64,000 nt of DNA from an uncultured Chloroflexia bacterium (GCA_963814375.1 CAWFCQ010000004.1:1-64000), one strand, 5' to 3'; numbered from the stretch's first letter, positions 1-11,163 are shown. Notes: a model not told the origin generated them from the sequence alone. Numbers and translations are program-made.

Positions 1-2
1 CC

Positions 3-956
3 ATGGGCATGTTCGCCGCATCCATGGGCAACGATTGCACGTTCTGCCACGTCAAGGAGGCGGGGTTCGGCCGCGAGGCGTTCGCGGAGGCGACGCCGCG
101 CATCCAGCGGGCCCGCCAGATGATCGTGATGATGCAGGGGCTGAACAAGCAGTATTTCGGCGGGCGCCCGCGCGTCACCTGCTTCACCTGTCACCGCGGC
201 GACTACCAGCCGGTCGACGCCCCCCTCTTCTCGATCCAGTACGGCGTTCCTCCGGATGAACCGAACACGATCAATTTTCCGACCGAGGATGGGGTGTCGG
301 CCGACCAGGTGTTCGACCGGTATCTGACCGCGATCGGCGGCAGGGCGGCGCTCGCGCGGGTCACGAGCTTTGTGGCCAGGGGCACCTATGCCGGATTCGA
401 CACCGGCCAGGAAGAGGTGCCCGTCGAGATCTATGCGAGGGCGCCGAACCAGCGGACCTGGATCGTCAAGCTGCCCGAACGCGACAGCTTCCGCGTCTTC
501 GACGGCGTCAACGGCTGGCTCGCGGGTCCCGACGTCCCGGTGCCGATCATCACGCTGGCGACCGGCAACCTGGACCGTGCGCGCATCGAGACGGCCCTCG
601 CCTTCCCGGCGGGGATCAAGCAGCTGTACCCGCAGTGGCGGGCCGGCAAGACCACGATCGGCGATCGGGACGTCACCATCGTGCAGGGTACGAAGCCAGG
701 CCTGCTGCCCGTGAACCTGTATTTCGACGACGAATCCGGTCTGCTCGTGCGCGTGGTGCGGTGGAACGAGACATCGGTGGGGCCGGTGCCGACCGAGATC
801 AACTACGGGGACTACCGCGCGGTCGCCGGCGTCCAGATGCCGTTCACCTGGACCGCGACACAGACCTACATGCAGATGACGATCAAGTTGAGCGACGTGG
901 CGGCCAACGTGCCGGTGGACGCGTCGCGGTTCGCCAGGCCGCCCGAGAGCCACTGA
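3..956 (+). CDS. Diheme c-type cytochrome (reaction-centre cytochrome c-like domain) fused to a LolA-like beta-rich domain; 5'-truncated by the window edge
   Basis: Two CxxCH motifs (CTFCH, CFTCH) with the intervening ARQMIVMM..LN helix; C-terminal LYFDDESGLL..Y.DYR.V.GV.MPF pattern typical of LolA-like folds. Confidence 0.75.
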   Translation: MGMFAASMGNDCTFCHVKEAGFGREAFAEATPRIQRARQMIVMMQGLNKQYFGGRPRVTCFTCHRGDYQPVDAPLFSIQYGVPPDEPNTINFPTEDGVSADQVFDRYLTAIGGRAALARVTSFVARGTYAGFDTGQEEVPVEIYARAPNQRTWIVKLPERDSFRVFDGVNGWLAGPDVPVPIITLATGNLDRARIETALAFPAGIKQLYPQWRAGKTTIGDRDVTIVQGTKPGLLPVNLYFDDESGLLVRVVRWNETSVGPVPTEINYGDYRAVAGVQMPFTWTATQTYMQMTIKLSDVAANVPVDASRFARPPESH

Positions 957-1003
957 TCGAAGATGTCGGTTACCGCTAATGTGGACGAGAGGGGTGTTTC
1001 GTG

Positions 1004-4000
1004 ATGAGTCGCATTTCGCGTGCGCTGCTCGCTCTGATGGTCGTCCTGCTGGCCGCCGCAAACGTGTGGGCCCAGGCTACCGCTCAAATCAACGGGACCG
1101 TCGCGGATTCAAGCGGCGCGGTGCTCCCGGGTGTTACCGTGATCGCCATCCAGACGGAGACCGGCTTCCGTCGCGAGGCGGTGACGGACGAAACCGGTTC
1201 GTACGCGCTGCTGAATCTGCCGACCGGTCCCTATCGCATCGAAGCCACGCTGTCGGGATTCCGCACCTTCTCGCAGACCGGCGTCGTCCTCCAGGTCGGC
1301 AGCAATCCGGTCATCCCCGTGAAGATGGAGCTGGGCAGCCTCGAGGAGACCATTTCGGTCGAAGCGGCGGCGCCGCTGGTCGAGACGCGCAACCCCGCGG
1401 TTGGCGCGACCATCACCAGTGAACAGATCGACGCGCTGCCGCTTGAAGGCCGTAGCGCGGTGTCGTTGATTACGCTCACCGGCGCCTCGGCCGACGCGGG
1501 CGCCAGCAGCAGCCGCAGCATGACGACGAGCCGCGGCATCGCGATTTCCGGCGGCCAGCCCTTTGGCGTCGCCTATCTGCTCGACGGCGCGCTGCACAAC
1601 AACGCCTACGACGGCTTCAACATGCCGCTGCCGTTTCCGGATGCGCTGCAGGAATTCAAGGTGGAGACCAGCACGCAGAACGCGCAGAACGGCGTCAAAG
1701 CCGGCGGCACGGTGAGCCTGGTGACCAAGTCGGGCACCAACCAGCTGCATGGCGACGCGTTCGAGTTTGCGCGCCATTCCCGCTTCAATGCCACCGCGCC
1801 GTTTGCCGGTGTCGACCCGGCGACCGGCAGAGCGCCTCGATGACGGCCTGGTGCGCAACCAGTTCGGCGGCGTGCTGGGCGGCAAGATCATCCAGGACAA
1901 GCTGTTCTTCTTCGGTGCCTACCAGGCGTCGCGCTCGACGCAGACACCCGCCGACCTGGTGGCGTTTATCCCGACTGCGGCGATGATGGCCGGCGACTTT
2001 ACCGCCGTCACCGCGCCGGCGTGCAACCGGGGGACGCAGGTCAACCTGCGGGCGCCGTTCGTCAACAACCGTCTCGCGCCGGCGGAGATCAGTCCGGCGG
2101 CGCTGGCGGTTGCCAGGCGTTTGCCCGTGACGTCGGACCCCTGCGGCCGGATTACCTATTCGACGTCCGACCAAGCCGGTGGAGACGCAGTCAATCGGCA
2201 AGGTCGACTGGCAGATCAACCAGAACCAGTCGCTGTTCGGCCGTTACATGCTGACCACGACGTTCTGGGACCCGCCGTTCGCCAACGACGGCAACCTGCT
2301 CTCGACGTCGCTCGGCGGCCGCGACAGCGACGCGCGCTCGCTGGCGATTGGCCACACCATGGTGCTGAGCAACACGATGGTGAACAACGTGCGCTTTACC
2401 TATCACTACACCAACGTGCACCGCACGCACACGCCTTTCTTCGGCCCGGAGGACGTCGGGATCAAGAGCTACAGCTACGTCGATGACGTCACGCTGATCG
2501 CCGTCAGCAACGCCTTCAATCTCGGCCTCGGCACCGAGTTGGACTCGTATTACCGTCCGCGCACCTACGCGTTCTCGGACGACCTGACGTTGATCCGCGG
2601 CAGCCACCAGTTCGGATTTGGCGGCACGCTCGCCCTGAACGACTGGAAGACGCGCACCAACTCGCGCTCGGGTGGCAGCTTCACCATGAACGGCGGCGCG
2701 ACCGGATTGTCGCTGGCGGACTTCATGGCGGGGCGCGTGTTTGAGTTCCGGCAGGCGAATCCATTCACGAACAACGCCACGCCAGAGGACCTTCGGCGTC
2801 TACGGCCAGGACATCTGGCGCGTCTCCGACAAGATCACGATGAACTACGGGATGCGGTACGAACCCTGGTTCCCGCAGGAGCACACGAACGGGACGGTCT
2901 ACAACTTCTCGACCTCGGCCTTCCTCGCCAACGCGCGCAGCACGGTGTACCCCGATGCGCTGCCCGGGTTCACGTACCCCGGCGATCCGGGCTTTCCGAC
3001 CAAGGCGGGTCTGAAGCCCAACTGGATGAACTTCCAGCCGCGTGTTGGCGTGTCCTGGGATCCCAACGGCGACGGCAGGACGTCGGTGCGCGCGGGCTAT
3101 GGCCTGAGCGGCGACTTCGTCGCCGGGCAGTTCCTCACCGATGCCCAGCAGGCGTGGCCCTTCGGGTATGAGGAACGGCTGACCGGCGCGGCGGTCGGTT
3201 CGCTCGACGATCCGTGCGGCGGCGTCGGCCGCGTGAGTCCGTTCCCGGTGACGCTCGGCACCGGTCTGGCGAAGGGACCGGGCGCCCCCTTTATCATGGT
3301 GCCGCAAGATCTCAAGGGCACGCGCGTGCAGACCTGGAACGTCGCCGTCCAGCGCCAGCTGAGCGACACCATCGCGGTGTCAGCGACGTATCTCGGCAAC
3401 CGCATGATGAACATCTGGGGCGACGTCAACGGCAACCCCGCGCTCCTGCCGGCGAATCCGACCGGTCCGTGCACGTTGCGCACGACGACGGGGACGCAGA
3501 CGTTCCCGAATTGCTCCACGGCGCCGATCAACCTTCGGCGGGAGATCTCACAGGCGAATCCCGGTGACGGTCAGTACATCGGCTATCTTGACTTGTCACC
3601 GACCAGGGATGGCAGCGCTACCACGGCGTGCTGCTCTCGGGCCAGAAGCGCGCGGCCAACGGCTTGAGCGCCAACGCCAACTACACGTGGTCGACCTGCG
3701 AGGGCACCGCGCAGAGCAACACCGGCGGCAACCCGCTCAACGTCGGCACCGGCTACAGCCGGCCGCAGTCGCTGATCAATCCGCCGGCCAACTCGAAGGA
3801 GTTGTTCGACCTCGACAAGGGGCCGTGCAGCTTGTCGCCGACCCACATCTTCAATCTGATCGCGAGCGCGGAAACGCCGCAATTCAGCAGCACGGCGGCG
3901 CGGATGCTCGCGTCGGGATGGCGGTTGTCGGGGATCTTCCGGGCCTCGTCGGGCAACGCCTTGCGCGTCGTCACCGGCATCGACCGGTCGCTCGACGGCC

Positions 4001-4353
4001 TGGTGACGACGGCGCAGCGGGTGAACCAGGTGATGGACGACGTCTACGGCGACAAGACGTTGAACAACTGGTTTAATCCGGCGGCGTTCGCGCAGCCGGC
4101 CATCGGCACCCACGGAAACTCAGGCTACAACGCCTACCTGGGCCCCGGCACCAGGACCATCGACCTTGCGCTCGTCCGGTCGTTCCGGTTCCTCGACTCG
4201 CAGCGTATCGAGGCGCGCATCGAGGCGTTCAATGCGCTCAACTGGCTGCGGCCGCAGAATCCGAACGCGACCCTGAGCAGCCCGACGTTCGGACAGATCC
4301 TGACATCGTACGATCCGCGCGTCATGCAGTTCGGGCTGAAGTATCAGTTCTAG
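1004..4353 (+). CDS. TonB-dependent receptor (Oar-like, carboxypeptidase regulatory-like N-terminus) interrupted by four frameshifts (~1830, ~2165, ~2782, ~3595)
   Basis: Signal peptide, INGTVADSSGAVLPGVTV, PFPDALQEFKVETS, TKSGTNQLHG, RNQFGGVLGG, NFQPRVG and C-terminal PRVMQFGLKYQF lie in five consecutive overlapping ORFs that join with single-base corrections. Confidence 0.85.
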
Positions 4354-4361
4354 TCGAAGGG

Positions 4362-4409
4362 GGCGAGCGTCATGACGACACGGCAGACCGGGCCGTTCAG
4401 ACGCTCGCC
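4362..4409. repeat. 10-bp perfect inverted repeat just after the receptor gene (possible terminator or REP-like hairpin)
   Basis: GGCGAGCGTC 4362-4371 and GACGCTCGCC 4400-4409; no U-tract. Confidence 0.35.
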
Positions 4410-4624
4410 GCTCGTCACGCTGCTATGCGGCCGCAATGGAGCGGATGAGCAATCGCTGAGGTGAGGATGTGCCAAGAAAAACCGTCGCCGGTTGCTGAAA
4501 TCGTCCAGTGCGGCGAGCTACATCCTCGCCCTTCAACATCAATGACTTAGGGCGACAGCCAGTTCTCACTCCAGAACCAGGAGTTCACGCAGGCGGGAAC
4601 CTGACAGTGGAACTACGCCTGCCA

Positions 4625-4642
4625 CCTGTCAATTGTGACAGG
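4625..4642. promoter_or_regulatory. Palindromic putative transcription-factor site
   Basis: CCTGTCA-ATTG-TGACAGG perfect 7-4-7 palindrome upstream of a response regulator gene. Confidence 0.35.
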
Positions 4643-4814
4643 CCTGAAACCCGCAACTTTGGCGACTGGACCACTAGTTCACTTGGCAGCAGAATCCACC
4701 GGGCTTAGCGCATGAAGGGACTGCGCTCGTGCGGTTCGCTCCAGCGGCACACATACCGGGGATCGGGTTGGGTACGAGCCTGCTCACCCGGTTACCGTTG
4801 CAGGAGGCAGAGTC

Positions 4815-5210
4815 ATGCGTTCATCACGCGTCCTGCTCGCCGACGATCATCCAGGCGTCGCCGCGGCCATCGGGGAGTACGTGGCCGAGGCGTTCCAGTT
4901 GGTTGGAACGGTTCGCGACGGTGGCGCGTTGCTCGAGGCGGCGAAGACGCTAGAACCTGACGTGATCGTGGCTGATATCTCGATGCCAGGAATCGATGGG
5001 TTGACCGCGATGAAGCAGATTCTGAAGCACCTGCCGCAGGTGAGTGTGATCCTGCTGACCAATTGCGGGGATGCCGATGTGGTTCGCCACGCACTTGGCG
5101 CTGGCGCGTCTGGATTCGTACTGAAGGTCTATGCGCCGACCGAGCTCGTGCATGCGATTTGCACGGTCGTGGGCGGCGGCACCTACGTATCGAGCGCGAT
5201 CGCCGTGTAG
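4815..5210 (+). CDS. NarL/FixJ-type receiver-only response regulator (no HTH)
   Basis: VLLADDH, phosphoacceptor in VIVADISMPGIDG, GASGFVLK; RBS AGGAGG; ends right after the REC domain. Confidence 0.85.
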   Translation: MRSSRVLLADDHPGVAAAIGEYVAEAFQLVGTVRDGGALLEAAKTLEPDVIVADISMPGIDGLTAMKQILKHLPQVSVILLTNCGDADVVRHALGAGASGFVLKVYAPTELVHAICTVVGGGTYVSSAIAV

Positions 5211-5252
5211 TCGCGGAACCTGGTTCGAGGCTGCTGTTTCAGACGACGATAA

Positions 5253-8200
5253 ATGCTCCTGCGTGCGTGTCGGACGTTCGCTTTGCTCCTCGCATTGGCT
5301 GCGGGCGTTCCCTGCGGGGCATTCGCACAGGCGATTGCTGGCGTTGTGCAGGACGGGTCGGGCGCCGCCCTTCCTGACGTCGCCGTCCAGGTCGAGAGCC
5401 CAGCGCTGATTGAAAAGGCCCGCACCGTCGTCACGGATGGCAGCGGCCAGTACCGTATCGAGGATCTTCGGCCGGGCATTTACACCATCACCTTCGTACG
5501 AGAGGGCTTCAGTCCGCACGTGCGGGACGGGGTCCAGGTCACGAGCGCGTTCACGGCCAGCGTCAACGCGCAACTCGCGCCGGGCCCAGTCGCGGAAACC
5601 ATCATCGTGACGGCGGCGGCTCATGCCGTCGATGTCCACGGCGCCGCCACCGTGACAACGCTGCACGGCGATCTCGTGAAGTCACTTCCGACCGTTCGCA
5701 GCTACAACGCGCTCGTCGTGGTCATCCCCGGGGTGGTCACCACCACGAACGACGTCGTCACTGGCACAACGACCACGCAATTTCCCATCCATGGAGGCCG
5801 GAGCAATGAGGGGCGCCTGACGGTCGACGGCATCATCGTCGGAAGCCCATCCAATTCGCCGACCAGCTACGTGCTGGACGCCGGCGCCGCCGAGGAGGTC
5901 ACCTTCGCCGGCGCGGGTGGGCTGGGCGAGAGCGAAACGGGTGGGCTGGTCGTGAACCTCGTGCCGAAGACCGGCGGCAACTCCACGCGCGGCTCTCTGT
6001 TCGTCAGCGGGACAGGCGAGAAGCTCCAGTCCGACAATCTGACACCGGCTCTGAAGAACCAGGGCGTCGTCGCGGCGAGCCCGCTCAGCAAGGTCTACGA
6101 CTTCTCCGGCACGATCGGAGGGCCGATTGCCCGAGATCGCTTGTGGTATTTCGCCAGCGCGCACCGTGGCGGGAGTACGACGGACAGCTCGAACGTGTAC
6201 TACAATCTCAACGCCGGAGACCCGGCGAAGTGGTTGTATGCACCCGACGCGAGCCGGAGAGCCTACTCGGACCGCCTGTTCGAGAACGCCAGCGCGCGTG
6301 TCACGTGGCAGATGACCCAGCGCAACAAGGTCAGCGTCTTCTGGGATGAGCAGACGCTCTGTCGAACCTGCACGGGCGCGACTCCCGCCGGTGTCGATCC
6401 CCCGCGGGTGTCGCCTGAAGCGGTCGGCGTCTTCGGGCGCCCGCTGCGCGTCGCGCAGGCCACGTGGTCGGCCCCCCTGTCGAATCGCCTGCTGGTTGAA
6501 GCCGGCTTCGGTGCCACGTATTTCGGCTTCGCGAACTTCGAGCGCAACCCGAATCCAACTCGCGACCTGATTCGGGTCGTCGAGCAGTGCGCGAGCGGGT
6601 GCGCAGCCAACGGCAACATCCCGGGGCTGGTCTATCGCTCACAGGACTTCAGCGACGCATATAACGGCAATTACCTGTGGACGGGGTCAGTGTCGTATGT
6701 GACCGGGTCACATAGCCTGAAGGTCGGCTATCAGCACACGTTGATGACGCAGGACATCGTCTGGACGACGAACACCCAGAACCTGACCTACCGGTTCAAC
6801 AACGGCGTGCCGAATCAACTGACGCAATCGATCTCGCCGTGGATGAACCGCTCTCGCACAGGGTGGGATGCGATCTTCGCGCAGGAACGCTGGACGCGCG
6901 GCCGCCTGACCGCGCAGGCTGCCGTGCGGTTCGACCGCGCGCGGAGCTGGTTTCCTGTGCAGCAGGAAGGCCCGTCCGGATTCCTGCCGGTGCCCATCAT
7001 CATTCCGGAAACGCCTGGCGTCGACAGTTACAAGGACATCACCCCCAGGCTGGCGGCATCCTACGATGTTTTCGGCAATGGCAGGACGGCGCTCAAAGTA
7101 CACCTTGGCCGATACCTAGAAGGGGCGGGCACGGGGGTGGGCATCTATACCAGTACGAATCCGACGCTGCGGATGCCGCAGACGACATCAACGCTCGGCA
7201 CGGCAGGTGTGACGCGAGCATGGACCGATGCGAACGGCAACTTCGTGCCCGATTGCGACCTGCTGAACCCGAGCGCGCAGGACCTCCGGGTGACCGGTGG
7301 CGACCTGTGTGGCGTGCTGTCGAACACGAGCTTCGGACAGCCCGTGCTGACCAACAACTTCGATCCAGGCGTCCTTAACGGCTGGGGCGTCCGGCCGTCG
7401 GACTGGACCCTCGACGTGTCGATTCAGCGGCAGATCCTTCCGCGTGCCTCGGCTACGCTCGCCTACAGCCGCCGCTGGTTCCATGGCTTCACGGTTGCCG
7501 ACAACCTGGCGCTGCAGCCGGCGGATCTGACGCCGTTCAGCGTGGTGGCTCCGGTGGATCCTCGCCTGCCGGGCGGCGGGGGCTATGTGGTGTCGGGTCT
7601 GTACGATGTCGCGCCTGATAAGGCCGGTCAGGTGAGCAATCTCATCGCGGATTCGAGCAAGTACGGACGCTGGTATCAGTACTTCAACGGCCTGGATGCG
7701 ACGCTCAATCTGCGGGCCGGCGGTTTCACGTTCACGGGGGGAACGAGCACGGGCCAGACCGTGGCCGACAACTGCGAGGCGCGGGCGCGTCTGCCGGAGC
7801 TCGCGACGACCACAGCGGGTGCGAGCTCGCTTGGCCCCGGGCTCGGCAGCTCCATCGTGAGTCCCGTCAGCCCGTACTGCCATGTCGCCTTCGGCATCCA
7901 GACGCAGTTCAGGGGCCTGGCCTCGTACGAGCTGCCGGGAATCGGCGCTCAGCTGTCCGCAACACTGCAAAGCAAGCCCGGGGCGATGCTGGCGGCGAAC
8001 TACGCCGTGCCGAATGCCGCCGTGGCTTCGTCGCTCGGCCGGAACCTGTCCGGGAACGCGCCCAATGTCACGGTGAATCTGGTGGCCCCCGGTACGCGCT
8101 ATGGCGATCGGATCAACCAGATAGACGTCCGGGTCGCCAAAATCCTGCGGCACGGCCGGTCGCGCACGATGGTTGCGCTCGACATCTACAACGCGTCGAA

Positions 8201-8315
8201 CTCGAGCGCGGGCCTCACCTACAACAACGCGTTCGTCCCGGGCGCAGCGTGGCCGCGTCCCAATACCATCCTGACGCCGCGCTTCTTCAGGGTTACTGCG
8301 GAAATGGAGTTCTGA
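5253..8315 (+). CDS. TonB-dependent receptor-like outer-membrane protein with carboxypeptidase regulatory-like domain
   Basis: Signal peptide, IAGVVQDGSGAALP..ESPALIEK..VVTDGSGQYRIEDLRPG, NLVPKTGGN, C-terminal PRFFRVTAEMEF ending in Phe. Confidence 0.85.
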   Translation: MLLRACRTFALLLALAAGVPCGAFAQAIAGVVQDGSGAALPDVAVQVESPALIEKARTVVTDGSGQYRIEDLRPGIYTITFVREGFSPHVRDGVQVTSAFTASVNAQLAPGPVAETIIVTAAAHAVDVHGAATVTTLHGDLVKSLPTVRSYNALVVVIPGVVTTTNDVVTGTTTTQFPIHGGRSNEGRLTVDGIIVGSPSNSPTSYVLDAGAAEEVTFAGAGGLGESETGGLVVNLVPKTGGNSTRGSLFVSGTGEKLQSDNLTPALKNQGVVAASPLSKVYDFSGTIGGPIARDRLWYFASAHRGGSTTDSSNVYYNLNAGDPAKWLYAPDASRRAYSDRLFENASARVTWQMTQRNKVSVFWDEQTLCRTCTGATPAGVDPPRVSPEAVGVFGRPLRVAQATWSAPLSNRLLVEAGFGATYFGFANFERNPNPTRDLIRVVEQCASGCAANGNIPGLVYRSQDFSDAYNGNYLWTGSVSYVTGSHSLKVGYQHTLMTQDIVWTTNTQNLTYRFNNGVPNQLTQSISPWMNRSRTGWDAIFAQERWTRGRLTAQAAVRFDRARSWFPVQQEGPSGFLPVPIIIPETPGVDSYKDITPRLAASYDVFGNGRTALKVHLGRYLEGAGTGVGIYTSTNPTLRMPQTTSTLGTAGVTRAWTDANGNFVPDCDLLNPSAQDLRVTGGDLCGVLSNTSFGQPVLTNNFDPGVLNGWGVRPSDWTLDVSIQRQILPRASATLAYSRRWFHGFTVADNLALQPADLTPFSVVAPVDPRLPGGGGYVVSGLYDVAPDKAGQVSNLIADSSKYGRWYQYFNGLDATLNLRAGGFTFTGGTSTGQTVADNCEARARLPELATTTAGASSLGPGLGSSIVSPVSPYCHVAFGIQTQFRGLASYELPGIGAQLSATLQSKPGAMLAANYAVPNAAVASSLGRNLSGNAPNVTVNLVAPGTRYGDRINQIDVRVAKILRHGRSRTMVALDIYNASNSSAGLTYNNAFVPGAAWPRPNTILTPRFFRVTAEMEF

Positions 8316-8321
8316 CCTCAC

Positions 8322-8880
8322 GTGCGCATGCTGCTCTCGCGGCGTGGCGTTCGGCACAGGGCATTGTTGGCAATCGCCCTCACGGCCGGCGTCCTCTGTC
8401 CTCTCGCGAACGCGCAAGAATCCGACGGCTCGAAGCAGGTACTCGTCCTGAACTCGACGAGGGGCGATGACCAGTTCTCGGTGGTCTTGGGACAAGAGCT
8501 GCCGAAGCTGCTCGCCGAAGGCCGCGCGGAGCGTGTGGACTTCTACTTTGAATACATTGATTTTGTCAGGTTCCCGGAACCTGAATATGAGCGCGCGTAT
8601 CTGGACTTCTTGCATCTGAAATACGCGAAAAAGCGTTTCGATCTGCTCATCGTGATAGGAGAAGTCGCCATTGACTTCATGAGCCGCGACCGGGACGTCC
8701 TTTTCCGCGACACGCCTGCGGTGTTCTATTCGCACATCCTCCCGCGCAGCCATTTCGCCAATTCGACCGGTCTGGTTAACCCACTCCACTTCAGCCGTTC
8801 GCTCGACCTCGCGCTGACGCTGCAGCCCGATCTCCAACGTGTATACGTCGTGAGCGGAGCGGGAGCCTTGGACCGGAGGA
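8322..8880 (+). pseudogene. N-terminal extracytoplasmic (ABC substrate-binding-like) domain of a sensor kinase, truncated at the junction
   Basis: Signal peptide, KQVLVL, YFEYIDFVRF, FLHLKY..RFDLLI, SLDLALTLQPDLQRVYVVSG; the sequence becomes non-protein-like after GALDRR (~8880). Confidence 0.65.
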
Positions 8881-8881
8881 T

Positions 8882-9002
8882 TCGCCGGCGTTCCTGGTCG
8901 CGGCGAGCGTCGCGCTGGTCGGCGCCGCGGGCGTCCTGCTGGTCGGGCGTCAAAATCCGGGCGGCGAGCGAGTCGGCGCGCGGGTCGGCGCCGCCCTCGT
9001 AG
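8882..9002 (+). pseudogene. C-terminal fragment (last TM helix) of a probable MFS transporter, 5'-truncated at the junction
   Basis: Frame from 8882 reads SPAFLVAASVALVGAAGVLLVGRQ; removing one A from AAAA 8952-8955 continues it as IRAASESARGSAPPS to TAG at 9000-9002. Confidence 0.5.
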
Positions 9003-10525
9003 GAGCCGTCCGGGCGTCGACGGATCATCTGCGCCCAGCCCATCAGCGGCGTCTTCGGCTCCACCAGCTCCACCGTATGGCCGAGCGACTCGAGCGCCGC
9101 GATGGTGTCGGCGTCGATGCCGTCCGACTCGATGCTGACCGGGCCGAGCGGCCGCCCCGCCGCTTCCGTGCTCGCCACGAACCGCGGACGATCCACCACG
9201 GCCTGCGGATCGAGGCCGTCGTCGACGAGCCCGCGGACCAGCTGGAGCATCGTCTGCGGCTGGCCGTCGCCTCCCATGGCGCCGAACGCGACCTCGGCGC
9301 GACCGTCACGCAGCAGCATTCCCGGCATGAGCGTGTGGAGGGTCCGCGAGCGCGGCCCCAGCGCGTTCGGGTGCTCGGGGTCGAGCGAGAAGTACGCACC
9401 GCGGTTCTGGAGCATGACCCCGGTCGAGCCGCCCATGATCCCCGAGCCGAAGCCCATGTAGTTCGACTCGATGAGGCTCACCATCATCCCGTCCGCATCG
9501 GCGGCGCACAGGTAGACGGTCCCGCCACCCGGGGGATTCATCGGCGTGAACCGATGCGCCCGCGCTGCCGACAGCCGAGACGCCATCCATCCCGTGTGCG
9601 CATCCGACAGCAGCGCCGATGGATCGGCGAGGCCCCGGTCCGGATCGGCGACGCATCGATCGCGCTCGCTCCAGGCGACCTTGATCGCCTCGATCTCGGC
9701 ATGCAGCCGCGGAGCGCTCATCAGCTTGCCGTCCGGCCAATCGAGGCAGGAAAGAACGTTGAGCGCCATCAGCGCCGTGATGCCCTGCGAATTCGGTGGC
9801 ATCGTGGCGACCTCGACACCGCGGTAGGAGGTGGAGATCGGATCGATCCATTCGCCGCGGTGGGCGACGAGATCGTCGGCGGTCATCGCGCCGCCGGCCG
9901 CCTGGATGGCACGGACGATCTCCTCGCCGATCGGCCCGGCGTAGTAGGCGTCGCGCCCGCCCTCGGCGAGCGTCCGCAACGAATTCGCCAGGAGCGGCTG
10001 GCTGAAGGTGTCGCCCGCGTTGCCGGCGCGCTCGAACACCGCCTGCGCCGCGTCGTCGAAGCTCGGCAGGGCCGCTGCGATCGATCGCGCGTTGATCGCG
10101 GTCAGCGCATAGCCGCCGTCGGCGGTCTCGGCGGCCGGGAGGACCGCATCGGCCAGGCTGCGCCGGCCGAATCGGTCGAGCAGCTGCGACCAGGCGTCCA
10201 CGGCTCCGGGCACGGTGACCGCGTGTGGCCCGCGCTGCGGCATCTCCGCGTGGCCCTCGCTGCGGAGTCGCTCGATCGTCAGCGCCGCCGGCGAGCGACC
10301 GCTGCCGTTGAAGCCATGGAGACGCCCCTCGGAGGGCTCCCAGACGAGCGCGAAGGCGTCGCCGCCCAGCCCGCAGGCGTTGCAGTAGACAACCGCGAGC
10401 ATCGCGTTGGCCGCCACCGCCGCGTCCACCGCGGTCCCACCGGCCTTGAGGGCGTCGATGCCGGCCTGGGTCGCCAGCGGATGAGGCGTGACGACCATGC
10501 CGTTCACGGCGGTGGGGGATGGCAT
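8950..10525 (-). CDS. ggt: Gamma-glutamyltransferase family protein
   Basis: GGTAVDAAVA, CGLGGD, MPPNSQG, catalytic Thr in GGTVYL, LQNRG, GAMGGDGQPQ, GGADPR; the true stop is probably at 8950 (one extra A gives read-through to 8726). Confidence 0.92.
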
Positions 10526-10538
10526 CGGTCAGACGTTA

Positions 10539-11087
10539 TCAGACCAGGTTGCGCCGATAGCGCACCTCGACCGCGTGGGCATCTCCGAGGTCGTCCACCC
10601 GCTGGGTCGCGCCGTCTGCCTGCCACCCCAGCCGTTCGTAGAAGGCGCGCGCATTCGCATTCTCGTCGAAGACCCACACGACGAGATCGCGAACATCGGT
10701 CGCTCGCCAGAACTCGTCGATCGCCCCCATCAGTGCCGAGCCGATGCCGCCGCGCCAGGCAGTCGGATCGACGTGGATCGTGTAGACCTCGCCGACGGTC
10801 CTCGGGCCGAGATCGTCGTCGCGAGCCGGCCCCGTGTGGGCGAAGCCGAGCACCGCATCCGTCGCGTCGGTGGCGACGAACGTCGGTGCGTCCGGGCGCA
10901 TCGTTGAACCGACGCGGGTGCGCCACCGAGATGCCCGATCGGCCAGGTCGAGATTCTCGAGGAAGGCGGCCGACACGATGCCGGCGTAGGCGGCCCGCCA
11001 CGCCGCGACCTGGACTCGGGCGATGCCCTCGGCGTCGCGCCGCTCCGCCAGTCGAATCACGGCGGCTCCGCCTGCATCCTCTCCCAT
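10539..11087 (-). CDS. GNAT family N-acetyltransferase
   Basis: EVYTIHVDPTAWRGGIGSALM acetyl-CoA motif; WVFDENANARAFYERLGW. Confidence 0.88.
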   Translation of the reverse strand: MGEDAGGAAVIRLAERRDAEGIARVQVAAWRAAYAGIVSAAFLENLDLADRASRWRTRVGSTMRPDAPTFVATDATDAVLGFAHTGPARDDDLGPRTVGEVYTIHVDPTAWRGGIGSALMGAIDEFWRATDVRDLVVWVFDENANARAFYERLGWQADGATQRVDDLGDAHAVEVRYRRNLV

Positions 11088-11120
11088 GATTCGAACCTAC
11101 CAGAGCGGGGGACGGCGCTA

Positions 11121-11163
11121 TTGACGCGGGCCGTCGCACCTACTACGGTATGCGTAGTACGCA
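11121..11163 (+). promoter_or_regulatory. Sigma70-type promoter with overlapping palindromic operator (probable PadR autoregulation)
   Basis: TTGACG 11121-11126, 17-nt spacer, TACGGT 11144-11149; inverted repeats TACTACG-N5-CGTAGTA 11141-11159 and TGCGTA-G-TACGCA 11151-11163. Confidence 0.6.

Noticed and set aside
3-956. Photosynthesis inferred from a reaction-centre cytochrome-like domain
   Set aside because: Only two heme motifs are visible, the domain is fused to an unrelated one, and no reaction-centre or bacteriochlorophyll genes are present
8726-8950. GGT C-terminal extension overlapping a plus-strand gene
   Set aside because: Explained by one extra A at 8952-8955 plus the chimeric junction
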